Origin: Ostreococcus lucimarinus
Lineage: Eukaryota
Strand: one strand, 5' to 3'
Length of the DNA stretch: 64,000 bases
NCBI GenBank assembly: GCA_000092065.1
Contig: CP000598.1
Shown: piece by piece, positions 63,489 through 64,000 of the stretch
How positions within the stretch are numbered: position 1 is the first letter of the stretch
How the letters are laid out: each line of letters opens with the position of its first letter
Translations under genes and position numbers: made by a program
Notes under the pieces: model-generated
What the model saw: the letters and a program-made list of their open reading frames with translations, nothing else
The model's database searches: none
Told to the model about the DNA's origin: nothing

Positions 63489-64000
63489 TAACGTCGACGC
63501 CGTCCAAGACTTCTTTTTTCCAAACCGTCCTTTTATTAATCGAGCTCGATGACGACGAGTCGCAGACTTTTCGTTCATCAAGAGCAATCAAATCACGTTG
63601 GGTGAGCGATCACCGTTCACGGGCCCGCGAGGCCGGTGAGCTTTTACCATCGGTTGACCTGCGTCGTCGTCACCCGTACGCGTTGGAACAAATCATACGT
63701 GTTGTGCGTGTTGTCCACCGTCGCCGCTCGAACTGCATCCAGCGTCGACGGTGCTCGTTGTTGTGTTTGACTTTATTACATTTCTCTCATCGGTCCTACG
63801 TAATACTTTGGCTGACATGAATTAATTTAATAACCACAAGAAATTTACTTTACGAAACCGTCGTCGTCCGCGCGCCGCGTCCGCGCGTTCGCGTCGTTCA
63901 TCTTGAAAACACCCGCGAGATACCGATAGATGAATCCAGAGTACGGTACCACCGCTCGCCGGTCTCTCGCTCGCGACGCGTCGCCGACGGCGGTGGACGT

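Noticed and set aside
62733-63587. 284-aa minus-strand ORF
   Set aside because: It is antisense to the BCCT transporter gene.

Overview
The window reads as nuclear DNA from a GC-rich (about 58-63% in coding regions), CpG-rich, intron-poor eukaryote. Long uninterrupted ORFs lie on both strands, it carries a Ty1/copia retrotransposon, and the coding is clearly eukaryote-type (Golgi nucleotide-sugar transporters, type II membrane glycosyltransferases). I cannot name the organism. Codon style, short interstitial TTTAGGG-type motifs and gene content are compatible with a green picoalga (Mamiellophyceae-like) 'outlier chromosome' region, but this is inference only. The provided ORF track calls GTG/TTG starts as M, so I re-anchored starts to ATG where I could.

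Layout:
- 1-20.8 kb: a dense glycan-biosynthesis/decoration island. It holds a ColD-like sugar 3-dehydratase fused to a GDP-fucose/colitose-synthase-like reductase, two nucleotide-sugar transporters, an RmlB-like 4,6-dehydratase, GT23-, GT61- and GT32-like transferases, an SDR epimerase, a further type II membrane protein (glycosyltransferase-like guess), a SAM methyltransferase and an HS6ST-like sulfotransferase.
- 21.0-26.8 kb: an apparently intact Ty1/copia LTR element with identical 175-bp LTRs. gag and pol are in one frame, separated by a single UGA.
- 28-60 kb: a mosaic of segmental duplications and gene families.
  - A 7.5-kb gene for a giant DUF285-repeat transmembrane protein with a perfect 933-bp internal tandem duplication.
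  - A ~4.2-kb cassette present twice at >99% identity, encoding a standalone GIY-YIG nuclease, a 172-aa protein and an ~840-aa membrane-anchored protein.
  - A paralogous coiled-coil gene family whose members share a ~115-190-bp upstream module containing TTTAGGG-like motifs.
  - An armadillo-repeat gene that shares the giant protein's C-terminal domain.
  - A Harbinger transposase remnant and MITE-like repeats.
  - A ~78-bp direct repeat bracketing 27.5 kb.
- 61.3-63.5 kb: a BCCT (betaine/choline) transporter.

I recognised no rRNA, tRNA or CRISPR array.
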